Origin: Octopus vulgaris
Taxonomy: Eukaryota
Direction: 5' to 3'
Length of the DNA stretch: 64,000 bases
Assembly (NCBI GenBank): GCA_951406725.2
Contig: OX597828.1
Location: 75,020,001-75,084,000, forward strand
Part shown: piece by piece, positions 11,873 through 24,730 of the stretch
Numbering within the stretch: the stretch's first letter is position 1
How the letters are laid out: every line of letters begins with the position of its first letter
Made by a program: the position numbers and the translations under genes
The notes under the pieces: generated by a model
The model's database searches: none
Told to the model about the DNA's origin: nothing
Seen by the model: only the letters and a program-made list of their open reading frames with translations

Positions 11873-12430
11873 GCCCTGATGCAGTACCAGGCAGTGGCTC
11901 TCATAGCTTCTGATCTTAACTGATTGGAAATGTTTTCATTGTACATTGTTTTATCTTGGTATAAAAGATGGGCTACGAAAATATTCTGCTCAATACCACA
12001 AATTTGCTTGTCAGTTGTTTGACCTTAACCAGTTGAGCATGTCCCTTAGTGGCTGACAATATGTGCATCTCTGATCACGAGCAGAAGTAGTGGGGGAGCA
12101 TCATAGCCATGTGTTGAGAGGGATTCTTTGGGGTTTGAATTAGTCACTTTTGGAAACATGGGTGGTTCTTTCAACATCCTTAAACGATCCTTATTCAGGG
12201 GCCTTTTGAGCAGGATGGGCTACTCAACCTGTAGAAAATTCTAACTGGGCCCCACCTGTGAGGTCATGCACTGTTTATCTTGATATGAGATCACCATGTC
12301 ACGCACATATGGTTGTGATGCATGTGCCTGGTGTACCCTTATCAGACGGGTAGTCTGATGGGTATATTGGGCTTCGTATATTTTACCTCAGTGTCACTTT
12401 GATGGCATGCAAAGCTCTCTCACTCAATAA
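11868..12430 (+). mobile_element. Interspersed retroposon (family E) embedded in (AAT)n
   Basis: Its 3' ~200 bp recurs inverted at 48878-49085. Both copies end ctctctcactc(AAT)n, a retroposon-type tail. Confidence 0.75.
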
Positions 12431-12444
12431 TAATAACAACAATA

Positions 12445-12660
12445 ATATTCCTTTCTACTAAAAGGCTCAAAGCCTGAAATTTGAGGGGTGTTGGGTAGTA
12501 AATTACATAGACCCCAGTGTTTCACTGGTACTTAATTTATTGACCCTGAAAGGATGAAAGGCAAAGTCGACCTTGGTGAAATTTGAACTCAGAACGTAAA
12601 GATGGATGAAATGCCACTAAGCATTATGCCAAGTGTGCTAATGAATCTATGCGTTCGCTG
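12445..12660 (-). mobile_element. SINE family C
   Basis: gaaaggatgaaaggcaaagtcgaccttggtgaaatttgaactcagaacg, flanked by (AAT)n. Confidence 0.85.
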
Positions 12661-12663
12661 ATG

Positions 12664-12726
<63 letters not shown>

Positions 12727-12918
12727 GGGAATTAAACTGTGCTGTATTGCTGCTTCTACTTGTAATGATGGTGTTGGTGATGATGATGATGACTTCAGTG
12801 AGTCATTTGAGAAACATTACTATTTTCTTGTTATAGGAAAACTATTGTGATGAGACATCAAGTATTGCGACACACATGAATGTTTGTGTCTATATATATA
12901 TATATCTGTCTATATCTA

Positions 12919-12997
<79 letters not shown>

Positions 12998-13163
12998 CTT
13001 ATTTTTACCATCCAACCCATGCTAGCCTGGAAAGCGGATGCTAAATGATGATGATGATGATGATATATATATCTATATCTATCTATCTATATATCTATAT
13101 CTATATATATATATCTATATATATATATATCTATATCTATATATATATATCTATATATCTATA

Positions 13164-13199
<36 letters not shown>

Positions 13200-13959
13200 C
13201 ATACATTCTGCTGTTGCACTGTTTATATTATTGGTCTTCACTGGACCTGATTAAATAAGAAATTATGCCAAACACCAATTCTGCTAAACAATAAATGTCT
13301 GACACACATGTTTGTCAAACAGCTTTAGTACAATGGCTTCAGGTTGCAGAAGTTCTTTTGTATTTTTACCTCTTGTCTTAATGTAATTGGAACCACAACA
13401 ACAACAACATTAACAATGGCATAAATGAAAATGATAACAGTCAATACTATGATGAAAACAACAACATGATGAACAACAGTAAAAACACACGTGTGAGATG
13501 GTACAACGGCAACAACAACAGTAAGAGCAAAATCCTAATTTGACGCAAGACAGAGAGAGACACCCCTCATATGTGTGTGTGTGTGTATGTGTGTAAGACA
13601 TTAATTGAGAAAGCACTCAATATGTATAAGTAGTGTGTAAGATGCATTTTTACAAAAAAGAAGTTTGAAAGTGACTTTGAAGTTTTTGTCTATTGCCACT
13701 TTTTTTTAGTTAGATAACTGTCCAACTTTTGTTTGTAAATACACACACACACACATACAGACAGACAGACACACAGACAGACACACACACACACCAGACC
13801 ACACACACGTTTTAACTTGTTAAGTGCTCAGAGATCACTTTTGTGATTTTATGCCTAAAATCAGTCATTGAAGTGAATTATTTCCAACTCAAGTGTCTAG
13901 ATTCTACTGTATATTATATAAAACACACAGGTGTGTGTGTGTGTATATATATATATATG

Positions 13960-14110
13960 ACTGACCGCTAAATCCGTAATTCTTTTCTCTCTCTGTTTAT
14001 TTCCTTGTGTTCCTTTCAGTTGAAGAGGCTTGAAACATAAAAGACTTTCTCACTTTCCCAAGCATTAAACAAATACACCTGTCTTTGTCTTTTGTTTTTC
14101 TGTAAATTTC

Positions 14111-14115
<5 letters not shown>
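13960..14115 (+). mobile_element. Family G insert in (TA)n (putative Penelope pLTR fragment)
   Basis: Homologous to 43500-43690 (+) and 14975-15145 (-). Confidence 0.65.
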
Positions 14116-14149
<34 letters not shown>

Positions 14150-14299
14150 CACATATACATATATACACACACATATACACACATACACATATATATATAT
14201 ATATCTGTATCGACCAAGTTATCAAATGTTATACACTGTTTGTCACAATGCGCTTCCTTGCATTGTTATAGCTTTCAAATGATGCCAACATTCCTTCTG

Positions 14300-14460
14300 A
14301 AGGGACGACCAGTTCATCACAGGGTTATCCATTTACAGCTGAGTGAACTGCGGCTATGTGAAATGAAGTGTTTTTGCTCAAGAATGCAATGCAGTGCTGG
14401 CCTGGGAATTGAAACCACAATCTTGGGATTCTGTATGCAATACCCCAACTGCTAGACAAT
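14300..14460 (-). mobile_element. SINE family D, decayed partial copy
   Basis: ttacagctgagtgaactg..tgaaatgaagtgttttgctcaagaa..gggaattgaaacc matches 32195-32300. Confidence 0.7.
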
Positions 14461-14759
14461 CACGCACACACACACACACACACTTGTGTGGATTTCTTTA
14501 AAGTTAAAGTTTCCTTTGTAAGAAGAAGGTTGTCCAGCCCCGAATGGTTTTCGTTTGCTTCATCCAATTCATTTAACCATGTCATTTCATACATACAGCA
14601 CTAGATTAAACTATTCAGCAAAATAAGAATGTGTTTAGGGTATCAAAGGAAGTGTGGTACCACAGAAATGGTAAATGGTTTATGGCACAAAAGGAATTAC
14701 TTTAAACTTGCTAAAATAATATTCAAAGTGGATTATATCTTTGGAATTATAAAAATCTC

Positions 14760-15202
14760 GAAATCTTCATGCAATCATAGTGAGGATCTTATCAAAGAGT
14801 TTGCAATTAAAAAGAGGAGAAAATTTTTCAAATAGAAATAAAGTGGAATTCTACAAAAATAAACATTATTTTCCATCTTATTGTTAGTTTGTTTCATTTT
14901 GAAAAGATAATCTATGTTTATGGTTTATTATTGTTTATACTTTGAATTGCATATATATATATATATATATATATATTGGGAGAATTCACGAAAAAAACAC
15001 AAGACAAAGACAGGTGGTGTAGAAAAGAAAGATGTATTAGTTTAACGATCAGGAATTGAAAAAGTCTTTTACATTTCAAACCTATGCTCTTCCACAGAAA
15101 GGAACACAGAAAGAAACAAAGAGAGAAAAAAATGTGTGTAGTGGCTGGGGCACCAAAATCTTTTAAGGGTTTAGGGCCTCAATGGACTTTAATTTGACCC
15201 TG
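14760..15202 (+). mobile_element. hAT-type transposon 3' end, interrupted by a family G insert (14975-15145)
   Basis: EDLIKEFAIKKRRKFF* resembles hAT dimerisation-domain C-termini. Terminus ..ttaatttgaccctg (reverse complement CAGGGTC). Confidence 0.4.
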
Positions 15203-15889
15203 CAAACATAGTAGAAGTCAATAACAAGTTACACTGAGTTTGTTAGATGCTAAACTGCTGTATCTTTGCCTCTCGCTTCAAAGTTCTCTGATGACACTTG
15301 TCCATTATAAAGGGTTCTGGAGAAATGGAAATTTGTGCTAGCACCACAACAACAACAATAATAATTCAAATGCTGTTGTGATCAATCAGGTGTGCTTTTA
15401 GTTAACCACTTAATTAAGCAATAAAATTTTACAGGAATATTTTTAAATGCTATTTTCATTGGTGTTTAAATATTAAACTAGTTAATCGATTATATTTAAG
15501 TTTAAAGTAGTAGAATTGGTAACATTGAAACTGTTGTTGGTTTTTTGGTCCAATTCATGCATTTTAACTATTTTCTCCCTAATCAATAGTATTTGTTTAA
15601 ATGTCACTTAAGCCAACCATACTTAATGTGTTTAAACTGCTGTTGTCAGCCAATCAATGTAATTTAAATGTTAGCCAATCAAATGTATTAATATTGATTC
15701 GAGTAAAATGTAGCCAACCAGAACAAAGCTTTTTAAGAGTAGTTATCCTCATCGTAGTTATTACCATCTTTATTCCGCACTTACATGGGTAGGACAGAAT
15801 TTACCAAAGTTCCAGTCCCACTGCATGGCACCTTGGGCAAGTGTCTTCTACTGTAACCAAAGTTCCAGTCCCAATGGGATGCATCAAAT

Positions 15890-16390
15890 CCTAGTTGTCA
15901 AGAGGTGGCAGGATATAAACACAGATGCAAAAGTACACACTCACAGATTCACGCACACACACGATAAGCTTCTTTCAGTTTCCACCTACCAAGTTCACTC
16001 ACAAGGCTTTGGTCAGCCACGAGGTTATAGAAGACACTTGCCATTGTGGTAAGAAGCATGCTCCCTAACCTCATGGTTCTAGGTTCAGTCCCACTGCATG
16101 GAACCTTGGGCAAGTGTCTTCTACTATAGCCTCATGGCTGACCAAAACCTTGTGAGTGAATTTGGTAGGTGGAAACTGAAAGAAGCCTGTTGTGTGTGTG
16201 TGTGTGTGTGTCTTTGTACTTGTATTTGTATCCTGCCATCTCTTGATAACCAGTGTTGGTGTGTTTATATCCCTGTAGCTTAGCAATTTGGCAATAGAGA
16301 TCAAAAGAACAAGTACCAGACTTAGTAAAAGTACATTCGACTAAAATTCCAGCATGGCCACAGTCTAATGACAGAAACAAGTAAAAGATA
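15890..16390. mobile_element. Inverted pair of SINE family A copies (15890-16042 minus; 16045-16390 plus)
   Basis: tctttcagtttccacctacc..cacaaggctttggtc is followed by its reverse-complement counterpart. Confidence 0.85.
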
Positions 16391-17942
16391 TACTACTTCT
16401 TTTGTGTGGTAGACTTAGTCCGCTGCTTGGGTAATCACTTATCCCCCCCCCCAGCTGCCAATATATGGCCCTTGAGGGCCTTTACACAGCCCCTTCTGTT
16501 GTAAGAATTTGAACGAGGGCTCAGGTCTGAGAATAGCTTTCTCTCTTTCTTTCGTCAGTCTCAGAGGCTCTGGAAAAAGTTATTGGTGCTGCACCCTTTC
16601 TCCTCAGATAAGGGACATAACACAAATGAGCAATGCAAAAAGACAACAACAACAGCAGCAAGAAGACCAAGAAACAACAGTGATTCGTGTGTGTGATCTC
16701 TCTCTCTCTCTCTCTCTTCAATCATGTCATTAGCAATTACCATACAAACTGCACACAGAAGATAAGACCAACAATGTTATCTGTCTCGAATACCAAATAC
16801 AACCTCCTTCGCTACGACACCACACTCAGCGAAAGGTTTACATTACGTACCAACTGATGCAGTACTGGAACATAGGACCACCAATACCACCACAGCCAGC
16901 AGCAGCAGCACCGCCACCACTACTACTACTTCTAGACAGGGTGTGATGGGGAGAGATAGATAGAAGGTGAGGGTTTAAGAAAGAGAAACAGACATTTCTG
17001 GAATGTGACTTCTAGATTTGTGTGAATCGATTGACAACAGTGTCAGTGTAGAAGTTAAATGGAGGGTTTGTTTGGGTAAAAAAAAAACTAAAAAAACCCC
17101 AAAGCAAAACAGTTTATCTTCAGTTTATCTTCAGCTGGTACATTCACACATTGCTCAACTTTGGTTTATCAGTAGTTATAGTTACATGGCGCTAAACTTT
17201 GAATAAACACCATTTCTTTGGGGGACATTTTTTTTTTGAAAACTTCCAAAGAGAAATATTTGTTTTGTTTCATTTAGAGGAAGAGGAATGGTAGTGTTGA
17301 TGGTTCTTTTAAAAGTACCAGCTACCAATCTTTGAGATTGGTAGCTGGAAGGGAAGAACATATCTTTAAATCAGTGACCTGACCCAGCGACTTATAATGA
17401 AGGGGATCTTGTTAGAGACACCCAATGATTATGTTCTGGTGTTAAACTGGGCACTGGATGAGGACCACTACTCAGCAACAGAAACAACCACTTTGTGGTG
17501 CTCCCACTGGCTTCCACTCATTTCCCCATTTTATAAGTTGTGCTCACAGAGTTTTCGCTGACCCAAGGTAGAAGATGCTTGCCCAGTATTCTTTAAAACA
17601 GAGGTTGGAATAAATTAGATACCAACGTCCTTTAAAAAGATGGCCACAGCTGGAGAGAAACAACTACTACTACTACAACTGCAGCAATGGCTAAGAAATT
17701 TCTTTGTTTTTTTTTCTCAAGAATCAATTTTATTGAACAAATAATATTAGTGATTGTTTCAAAGTGTTAAGCTAGGCTACTTAAATATTGGTATTTAATG
17801 TTTAAATAACCCCTGAAGGATGAAAATCCAAGTGGAGAATGGCAAAGGGTTGAATAAAGGATGCAAGGGGACTTAATTAAATATATCAAGACAGGCAACT
17901 TTTACAGGGTACTTTACCGATTCTATCAATTTGTTACCTTAA

Positions 17943-18163
17943 CCCTTTCGTTACCAACCTGGATGAAATTGCCTCTGGCTCTGTAGTACAAATGTCTTGT
18001 TTTCATAAGTTCTGAATTAAAATCTTCCACCAAACCTTAGTCACAATATATGTTCCTGACCCTAGCTGAATGGTAACTAAGTTATTTTACTAAATTCTTT
18101 GCTATATTTAAAATAATAGAGAGAAACACAGAACATCTCAAAATAAATACAGTAATGAAAGGG
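17943..18163. mobile_element. piggyBac-type MITE
   Basis: TTAA target-site duplication (17939-17942, 18164-18167); TIRs CCCTTTCGTTAC / GTAATGAAAGGG. Confidence 0.85.
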
Positions 18164-18184
18164 TTAATTTGGTTAATAATATTC

Positions 18185-18394
18185 GTTGAAAAGTTCCTGG
18201 CTTTGGGTAAAAAAAAATAGAGGAGGCTCAGTTAATTATGATTTTATCCAACATATTCCCCTTTCAGATTCACACACTTATTTTAGTGGTCCTTCAGTTT
18301 TTCTAAGCCCTGTAAAAGAACTTGAATGGTTGAGCCTCCAACCAGGTTTTTCATGATACCCTTAAAGCCAGGGACTTTTCAGCCTCCCCTCGTA
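18185..18394. mobile_element. mariner-type MITE
   Basis: Inverted termini tgaaaagttcctggcttt / aaagccagggacttttcagcctcccctcg-TA; the TA-CGAGGG end is typical of mariner. Confidence 0.7.
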
Positions 18395-18632
18395 TATCTT
18401 GATTTCCAATCTATGTCATGATTTGGAGGCAGTAATTGATGGTACTCAATATGGCCAATAGAATAATAAAAGGCAAAGTCTACCTTGGTGAGATTTGTTC
18501 TTAGAATGTAATGAAGGAGATGTGACTAAATACTACAAAGCAGGTTGTTATTGAGCAGTCCTATGATCAAAGATGTTCCAACCATGATCATTCTGTCTTT
18601 TCCCAAACACACTGTATATATATATATATATT

Positions 18633-18785
18633 ACTGTCACGACCAAATTATTGGATGTTGTTATACACCACTGATTACATTGCACTTCCAGCTCTTTTTT
18701 GATTGCACCATTCTTTTCTTTCTTGGCCCAAATCATTTAACTAAATCATCTTCCCATTGTTGTGGAGGTCATCCAAATGTTTTAC
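18633..18785 (+). repeat. Interspersed repeat (family H)
   Basis: gattgcaccattcttttct..ttggcccaa..atttaa..tcttcccat recurs inverted at ~55085-55260; a related start lies at ~14205-14290. Confidence 0.6.
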
Positions 18786-19024
18786 AAACACAGTATGTGT
18801 GTGTGTGTGTGGGTGTGCATTTAATTAATGGGAATGATGGAAGACTTGAAAATGTTTATTAATCACTAAAACTGTTTTGATCCATCTAACATCGATCACT
18901 CACAGATGGGATACTTAACAACTGGTTTAGGAGTATCCATCGGTGTAGATGTGTCTCTTCAAGTGATAATAAGATGTATCTCATTAAAATAACAACTGTT
19001 ACGCAAGATACATATATACACAGG

Positions 19025-19325
19025 TATGTATGTGTGTATATATGTATGTATGTGTGAATGCATGTATGTATGCATGTATATGCATGCATTTATGTATGTA
19101 TATATGTGTATGTATGTGTATATATATGTGTGTATGCATGTATGTATGTGTGTGTATATGTATGTATGTATATATATATGTATGCATGCATATATGTATG
19201 TATTTGTATATATATGTGTGTATGTATGTATGTATGTGTGTGTGTATGTATGTGTGTCTATATGTATGAGTTTGTATGTATGTATTTGTGTGTATGTATG
19301 CATGTATGTGTGTGTATGTATGTAC
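19025..19325. repeat. (TATG/TG)n compound microsatellite
   Basis: Seen directly. Confidence 0.95.
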
Positions 19326-19429
19326 AATATCCTGTGGGTAGGGATGTGATTTTAAAGGAACTTTGGTTGCTATGTTTAGCAGGTTGGACAACAACATACA
19401 ATATTGGTCAGTGCACCACCGATTATAGT

Positions 19430-21005
19430 TATCCACGATGACCACCATCATCACCACTATATCTCCCGTGCACCCCACCCCAACCGGATGGTAGTGGTGG
19501 GGAGCTCTGCCTCAAGCTATTCCACCATCAGCATCATCACCACGACAACCAGCAGCAGCATTAACACCACCACCACCAACATTACCATAGCTGCAACCAC
19601 CACCACAACCATTACCTATACCACTGCAACTACCACCACCACCACCACAGAAAACTGTTACTATAGTAACCAGTGTATTGTGTGACATAAGGTCTGTTGT
19701 TGGTTATAAACTGAAGAATTAGTGGAGAGAAAAAGCCATTATTATCCGCTTCCAACATCTCCACTGACCAAAATTGAAAGAGGAAATTTGTTAGGTTCCA
19801 AAGCAAGCAGTTATTACCTATTGATCAACTAAATACGTCACCACAACCACCACCACCACCACCACCAGCACCTCTTGCAGTACAACCACCCACACCACCA
19901 CCACCACCACCACCACAACTACTAGTACTACCACCATTACCTTTGGCGATACAACCACTATTGCCACCACCATCACAACAGCCACTACCAATACCACCAT
20001 TCCTATTGCCACCACCACCAGCACTACCACCACCACTGCCACTACTACTACTACTACTATGACTACCATCACCTCTGGTGCTACAACCACCATCACCACC
20101 ACTTCCATCACAGGTGCCGCTGCCACCAATGCTACCACCACCACCACCACCACCATTGCCACTGTCAGTACTACCACTGGCACTCTCATCACCATCAGCT
20201 CCGACAGCATTACTACCACCCATACAGTTACCACCAACATTATTACCACCATCAGCAAAAGCCATACCCACCACCAATCACCACCACTACCATCCTCTTC
20301 ATCACCACTACTACTACTGTACCACCACCACCACCACCACCACCACCACTACAACCCATACCACTACCCCTGCTGTCATTACCGCCACCATGATCATCAC
20401 CGTCGCCTTCGTCACCACTACTACTACCACAGCCATGACAGAAACCACACCACCTCAACAGCAGTAATATTAGCACACTCAACACCACCACCACCACCAC
20501 CACAACCATCATCATCATCGTCGTCATCAACAACGTCACCAATTACTCTCCCCAATAACAACAACAACAATCACGGCAAACACCAATAAAATGTTATTAT
20601 TGCTGGTAGAATAAGCATGAAATTTATTCTCTGCTCTGATTCCCTTTTCAATCCAATAAAAAAAAAAAAGAAAAAAAGAAAAAAAGAAAAATGTTCTAAA
20701 CAACAACAACAACAACGACATATTACCATCATCATCATCATCATCATTGGAGGAGGAAATGACTTAGGGAAGAAATCATCATTATTATCATTATTATTGT
20801 TGTTAATAATAATAACAATCATCATAATATTATTATAGTAGTAGTAGTAGTAGTAGTAGTAATAATCATAATAATCATAATAATAATAATAATATTATAG
20901 TAGTAATAATAATAATCATAAAAATAATAATAATGGTAATAATAATAATAATAATAATGAAATAATAATAATAATAATAATAATAATAATTATAATAATA
21001 ATATT
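19430..21005. repeat. Long degenerate trinucleotide tracts (ACC/ACT/ATC, then AAT/TAG)
   Basis: Low complexity; translates to poly-T/P/H or poly-G/V in several frames. Confidence 0.9.
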
Positions 21006-21749
21006 GTTTAAATGTTATTGTTCATTTTATTTTTACTTATTTTGTTAGGATGTTATTTTGTTTTTAACTTTCCAGTCAAAAATATTTTTGTTGTTTAAGT
21101 TTGTTATTTATTTATTTATTTATTTATTTATTTTTTAAATAATTTTTTATTATTATTTGTTTATTTGTGTAGATGAGGAAATGAACATAAAAAGAAGCAA
21201 GTTGTTGTTCGGGTTTAGGGTTGGTTGGGTTCAAATTTCAATGGAATCGAATCGAATCGATAAAAAGCCGTGGTGTTGGCTGATTGTACAGCAAAGCTTC
21301 GATTTCTAGTTGAACAATTTAACTCCATTTATTGCCCCCCTTCTTCGACACCCTCATCTAACTGCAATTTACAGCCTAGTAAGGTGTATTCTTCTCAAGG
21401 TTGATTTGGCCTTAATACACAAACATGAATACAAAACTTCTTGACTGGGTAACTAAGGGTTCATTATAATGCTGTCAGGTTTTGCTTGGTCGATTCGAAT
21501 CAATGGGAAACTGAATTGGGTGATTCTGTAAGATAGATTAAAATTCTCTGTTGAGATATTTTAGCCTCTTTTATTTTCTGTTGCTTCTTTAAGTTGTGAT
21601 TTCCCCACAGTGGTCAAATCCTGCTTTGTGCCCTTCTTGTGGCTAACTTGTTCTCAGTGCATGAACCTGGAGACTAATACTTTTATAAAGTCACTAAGAA
21701 AACAAACACACTCTTAAGAATGTAACTGTATTAATACTAAATCACTGGC

Positions 21750-22275
21750 GAAGACCTACTGAGGCAAGTGTAAACAAATCAAAATCACAGATGTGGCCGA
21801 TGACAGTACCACCTGATTGGTACTCATGCCAGTGGAACGTTAAAAGCACATCCAAACGTGACCGTTGCCAGGGTCACGGATTGGCTCCCGTGCCGGTGAC
21901 ACATGAAAAGCACCATTTGAGCATGATTGCTGCCAGCGTCGCCTTACCAGCACATGTGCCAGTGGCACATGAAAAACAACATTTGAGCCTGGTCTTAGCC
22001 AGACTGGCTCCTGTGCAGGTTGCACGTAAAAAACACCTTTTGAGCGTGGTTGTTGCCAGAACCATCTGATTGGCCTTCATGCTGGTGGCACATAAAAAGC
22101 ACCCACTATACGCTTGCAGTAGTTGGCGTTAGGAAGGGCATCAAACTGTAGAAACTTTGCCAGTTCAGATTGAGCCTGGTGCAGCCTCTGGCTCACCAGT
22201 CCTCAGTTAGACTGTCCAACCCATGCCAGCATGGAAAGCGGACGTTAAACTCTGATGATGATGATGATGATGATG
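21750..22275 (+). mobile_element. SINE family B, long copy with five internal ~60-bp repeat units
   Basis: Repeated tgccRgtggcacRtaaaaagcac motif, then gttggcgttaggaagggcatc..gcggacgttaaac..(GAT)n tail. Confidence 0.9.
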
Positions 22276-22279
22276 TAAA

Positions 22280-22620
22280 TAAAGGGTAAAGACCCCCTCT
22301 GGTCATGAATGACCATGGGATTGCACCTAGAAAGTTTACTACCGAGGCACAAGTCTGGGCAAAGTTGTTTGTGGAAGACCAGCAGTCGCCCATGGCAACC
22401 AGTCTCCCCTCTCCCCGCCACTGATGTTATCCAAGGGAAAGGCTGATACAGCTTGGCACCAGTGATGTCACAACTCATTTCTACAGTTGAGTGAACTGGA
22501 ACAATGTGAAATAAAAGTGTCTTGCTTGAGAACATAACACAAAGCTTGGGCTGGGAATTGAACTCACTACCTCGTGATTGTGAGCCTGACGCTCTAACCA
22601 CTGAGCCATGTGCCTTCACA
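22280..22620 (-). mobile_element. SINE family D (tRNA head, CORE-like centre)
   Basis: Minus strand gtgaaggcacatggctcagtggttagagcg..gagttcaattccc (A/B boxes); homologous to 31995-32335. Confidence 0.88.
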
Positions 22621-22776
22621 TACTGTATTTTCCAGTAAAATGGTTGAATCTCTTCTTCTGACCAAAATCTACAGCCAAAGGCAGTTGTCAGGTTATGAGA
22701 GGACTTTGGAGGACCAAAGATTGTATGTGAAATGCAGCTGGATTTGAAAAGATGGGGACAATGTTTGAATGTTTAT

Positions 22777-23049
22777 ACTACATGTTCACACTACATGTTC
22801 ACACTACATGTTCACACTACATGTTCATACTACATGTTCATACTACATGTTCATACTACATGTTCACACTACATGTTCACACTACATGTTCATACTACAT
22901 GTTCATACTACATGTTCACACTACATGTTCACACTACATGTTCACACTACATGTTCATACTACATGTTCACACTACATGTTCACACTACATGTTCACACT
23001 ACATGTTCACACTACATGTTCACACTACATGTTCATACTACATGTTCAC
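22777..23049. repeat. 13-bp minisatellite ACTACATGTTCAY x21
   Basis: 21 consecutive units that differ only in the last base (C/T). Confidence 0.97.
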
Positions 23050-24529
23050 ACTATATGCCACATCGATTTGTATGCCAGAAAATAGGATAGAAAAAGGTCT
23101 TAACAAAATCAATCATTAAGAGCCATTTTGACCCAAGCAACGAGCCGTGTCCTTAATAGGACAGAATAAGAAAATAAACTTAAAGTGGCAACTTTAGGAC
23201 ATACAAGAATAACATAAGCATCGTATTTTACTTGGTCTTGCTTCCTCCTGGCAGACTTTGTTACCAGAAGTACCACAAATGGAACCAAAGTTTTAGCTAA
23301 AAACCAGTGATTATTCCAAGCTAAAATACGAACCACAGAGATAGTTGTTGCAGTTGGTAGGACCACTGTGTAAATGAAGAGTGCTCTGCAGGGTGTGTTG
23401 TGGTCATTTACAAATATTTCAATAGAAACAAAAAAAAAGAATGTCATGCAATGAATACTCGAATTTATGTCCAGTAAATATGTTCTGTCAGTTTTAATAG
23501 CATTGAAACAATTTCACGTTCATTATTGCTGAGGCAGTGTCTCTATCAGCTGACTTCTCAAAGCAATTTTCTCACTAAACTGCTTTAATATGTCAGATTT
23601 CTTGCCAATATTTACATGAAAATTTACATAAAAATTTACATAAAATTGACACAAAATCTATACAAATACGTAACTAAATTGTTAGAAATGCTATTATTGA
23701 CTTTTTCGTTGCAGATAGTTTTTCTTTTTACTGCGCGAGTTATATTCACTGCAGTTCCTGATCAACTGACCATCTCAATGCTTGCTAACAATGGCCGAAG
23801 TGGCAACAATAATGGAAAGCGCCAATGACAGAACAGGTGACAACAAAGGCATCGACTGATGACAATAACAGGCCTTCCTTCACACCCTAAATATATAAAT
23901 TCACACAAGAAATTCCTGTGAAAATCCTTGTTGTTAAAATGCACTCAGCTCACATCTTACCTGACACGTGAACATCAGTCTTCCGTATTTTCTATTGATT
24001 TTATTTCACTCAGTATCAATTTTTCTATGAAAACTTGAAGAATTTGTAACATTAAAGCTCCAGTAAGGATCAAAAGCACCCCACCCTCTTTTAATTACTT
24101 ATTAAAATTCAAATTATGTGTGTCAGTATTCCAAGATGCCAGGTTAAGATTAAAACAAACAAAAATATTAGTTTTATGGGTGTAACCCTCACCACCCTGG
24201 TTATATTTTCATAATAAAATATTTTAAAAACTTCTGCTCAATAAAAATATTGCAATTGCGTCAGCAACTTTTTCGCTTTTATGCAATTTACAATATGTAA
24301 TCATAGACATGATGATGGATCCCTTGGTACACATGTCCATATAAAACACACACACTATGCACTCTGTTGTACACTTAAGCATTATTCAGTTACAGATATT
24401 ATAAACAGGCTTTATAAGAGGATAGGATGAATCTTTATGTCAACCAATTCAATAAACTCGTGAGAAATGAGAGCAAGAAATCATGCTGAAGCTACACAAG
24501 TTTATATTTCAGTTATAAAATGTTGACTA

Positions 24530-24690
24530 GGTGCAGGAGTGGCTGTGTGGTAAGTGGCTTGCTTACCAACCACAAGGTTCTGGGTTCAGTCCCACTGCGT
24601 GGCACCTTGGGCAAGTGTCTTCTACTAGAGCCTCGGGCTGACCAAAGCCTTGTGAGTGGATTTGGTAGACAGAAACTGAAAGAAGCTCAT

Positions 24691-24730
<40 letters not shown>

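Noticed and set aside
19818-20589. Thr/Pro/His- or Gly/Val-rich ORFs resembling mucin or cuticle proteins
   Set aside because: Degenerate (ACC)n tract open in several frames on both strands, with no unique domain or clear splice context.
21165-21310. Possible exon after a T-rich tract ending tgtgtag
   Set aside because: Short frame with no recognisable protein and no convincing donor site.
21810-22110. CRISPR-like alternation of a conserved motif and variable spacers (also 63525-63730)
   Set aside because: The spacers are homologous to each other, the array is inside a eukaryotic retroposon, and there are no cas genes.
22732-23119. Three ~115-aa His/Cys-rich repeat ORFs
   Set aside because: Products of the stop-free 13-bp minisatellite read in all three frames.
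23100-24300. Unique-looking block, possibly a decayed DNA transposon or exon
   Set aside because: No recognisable motif, TIR pair or sustained ORF found by eye.
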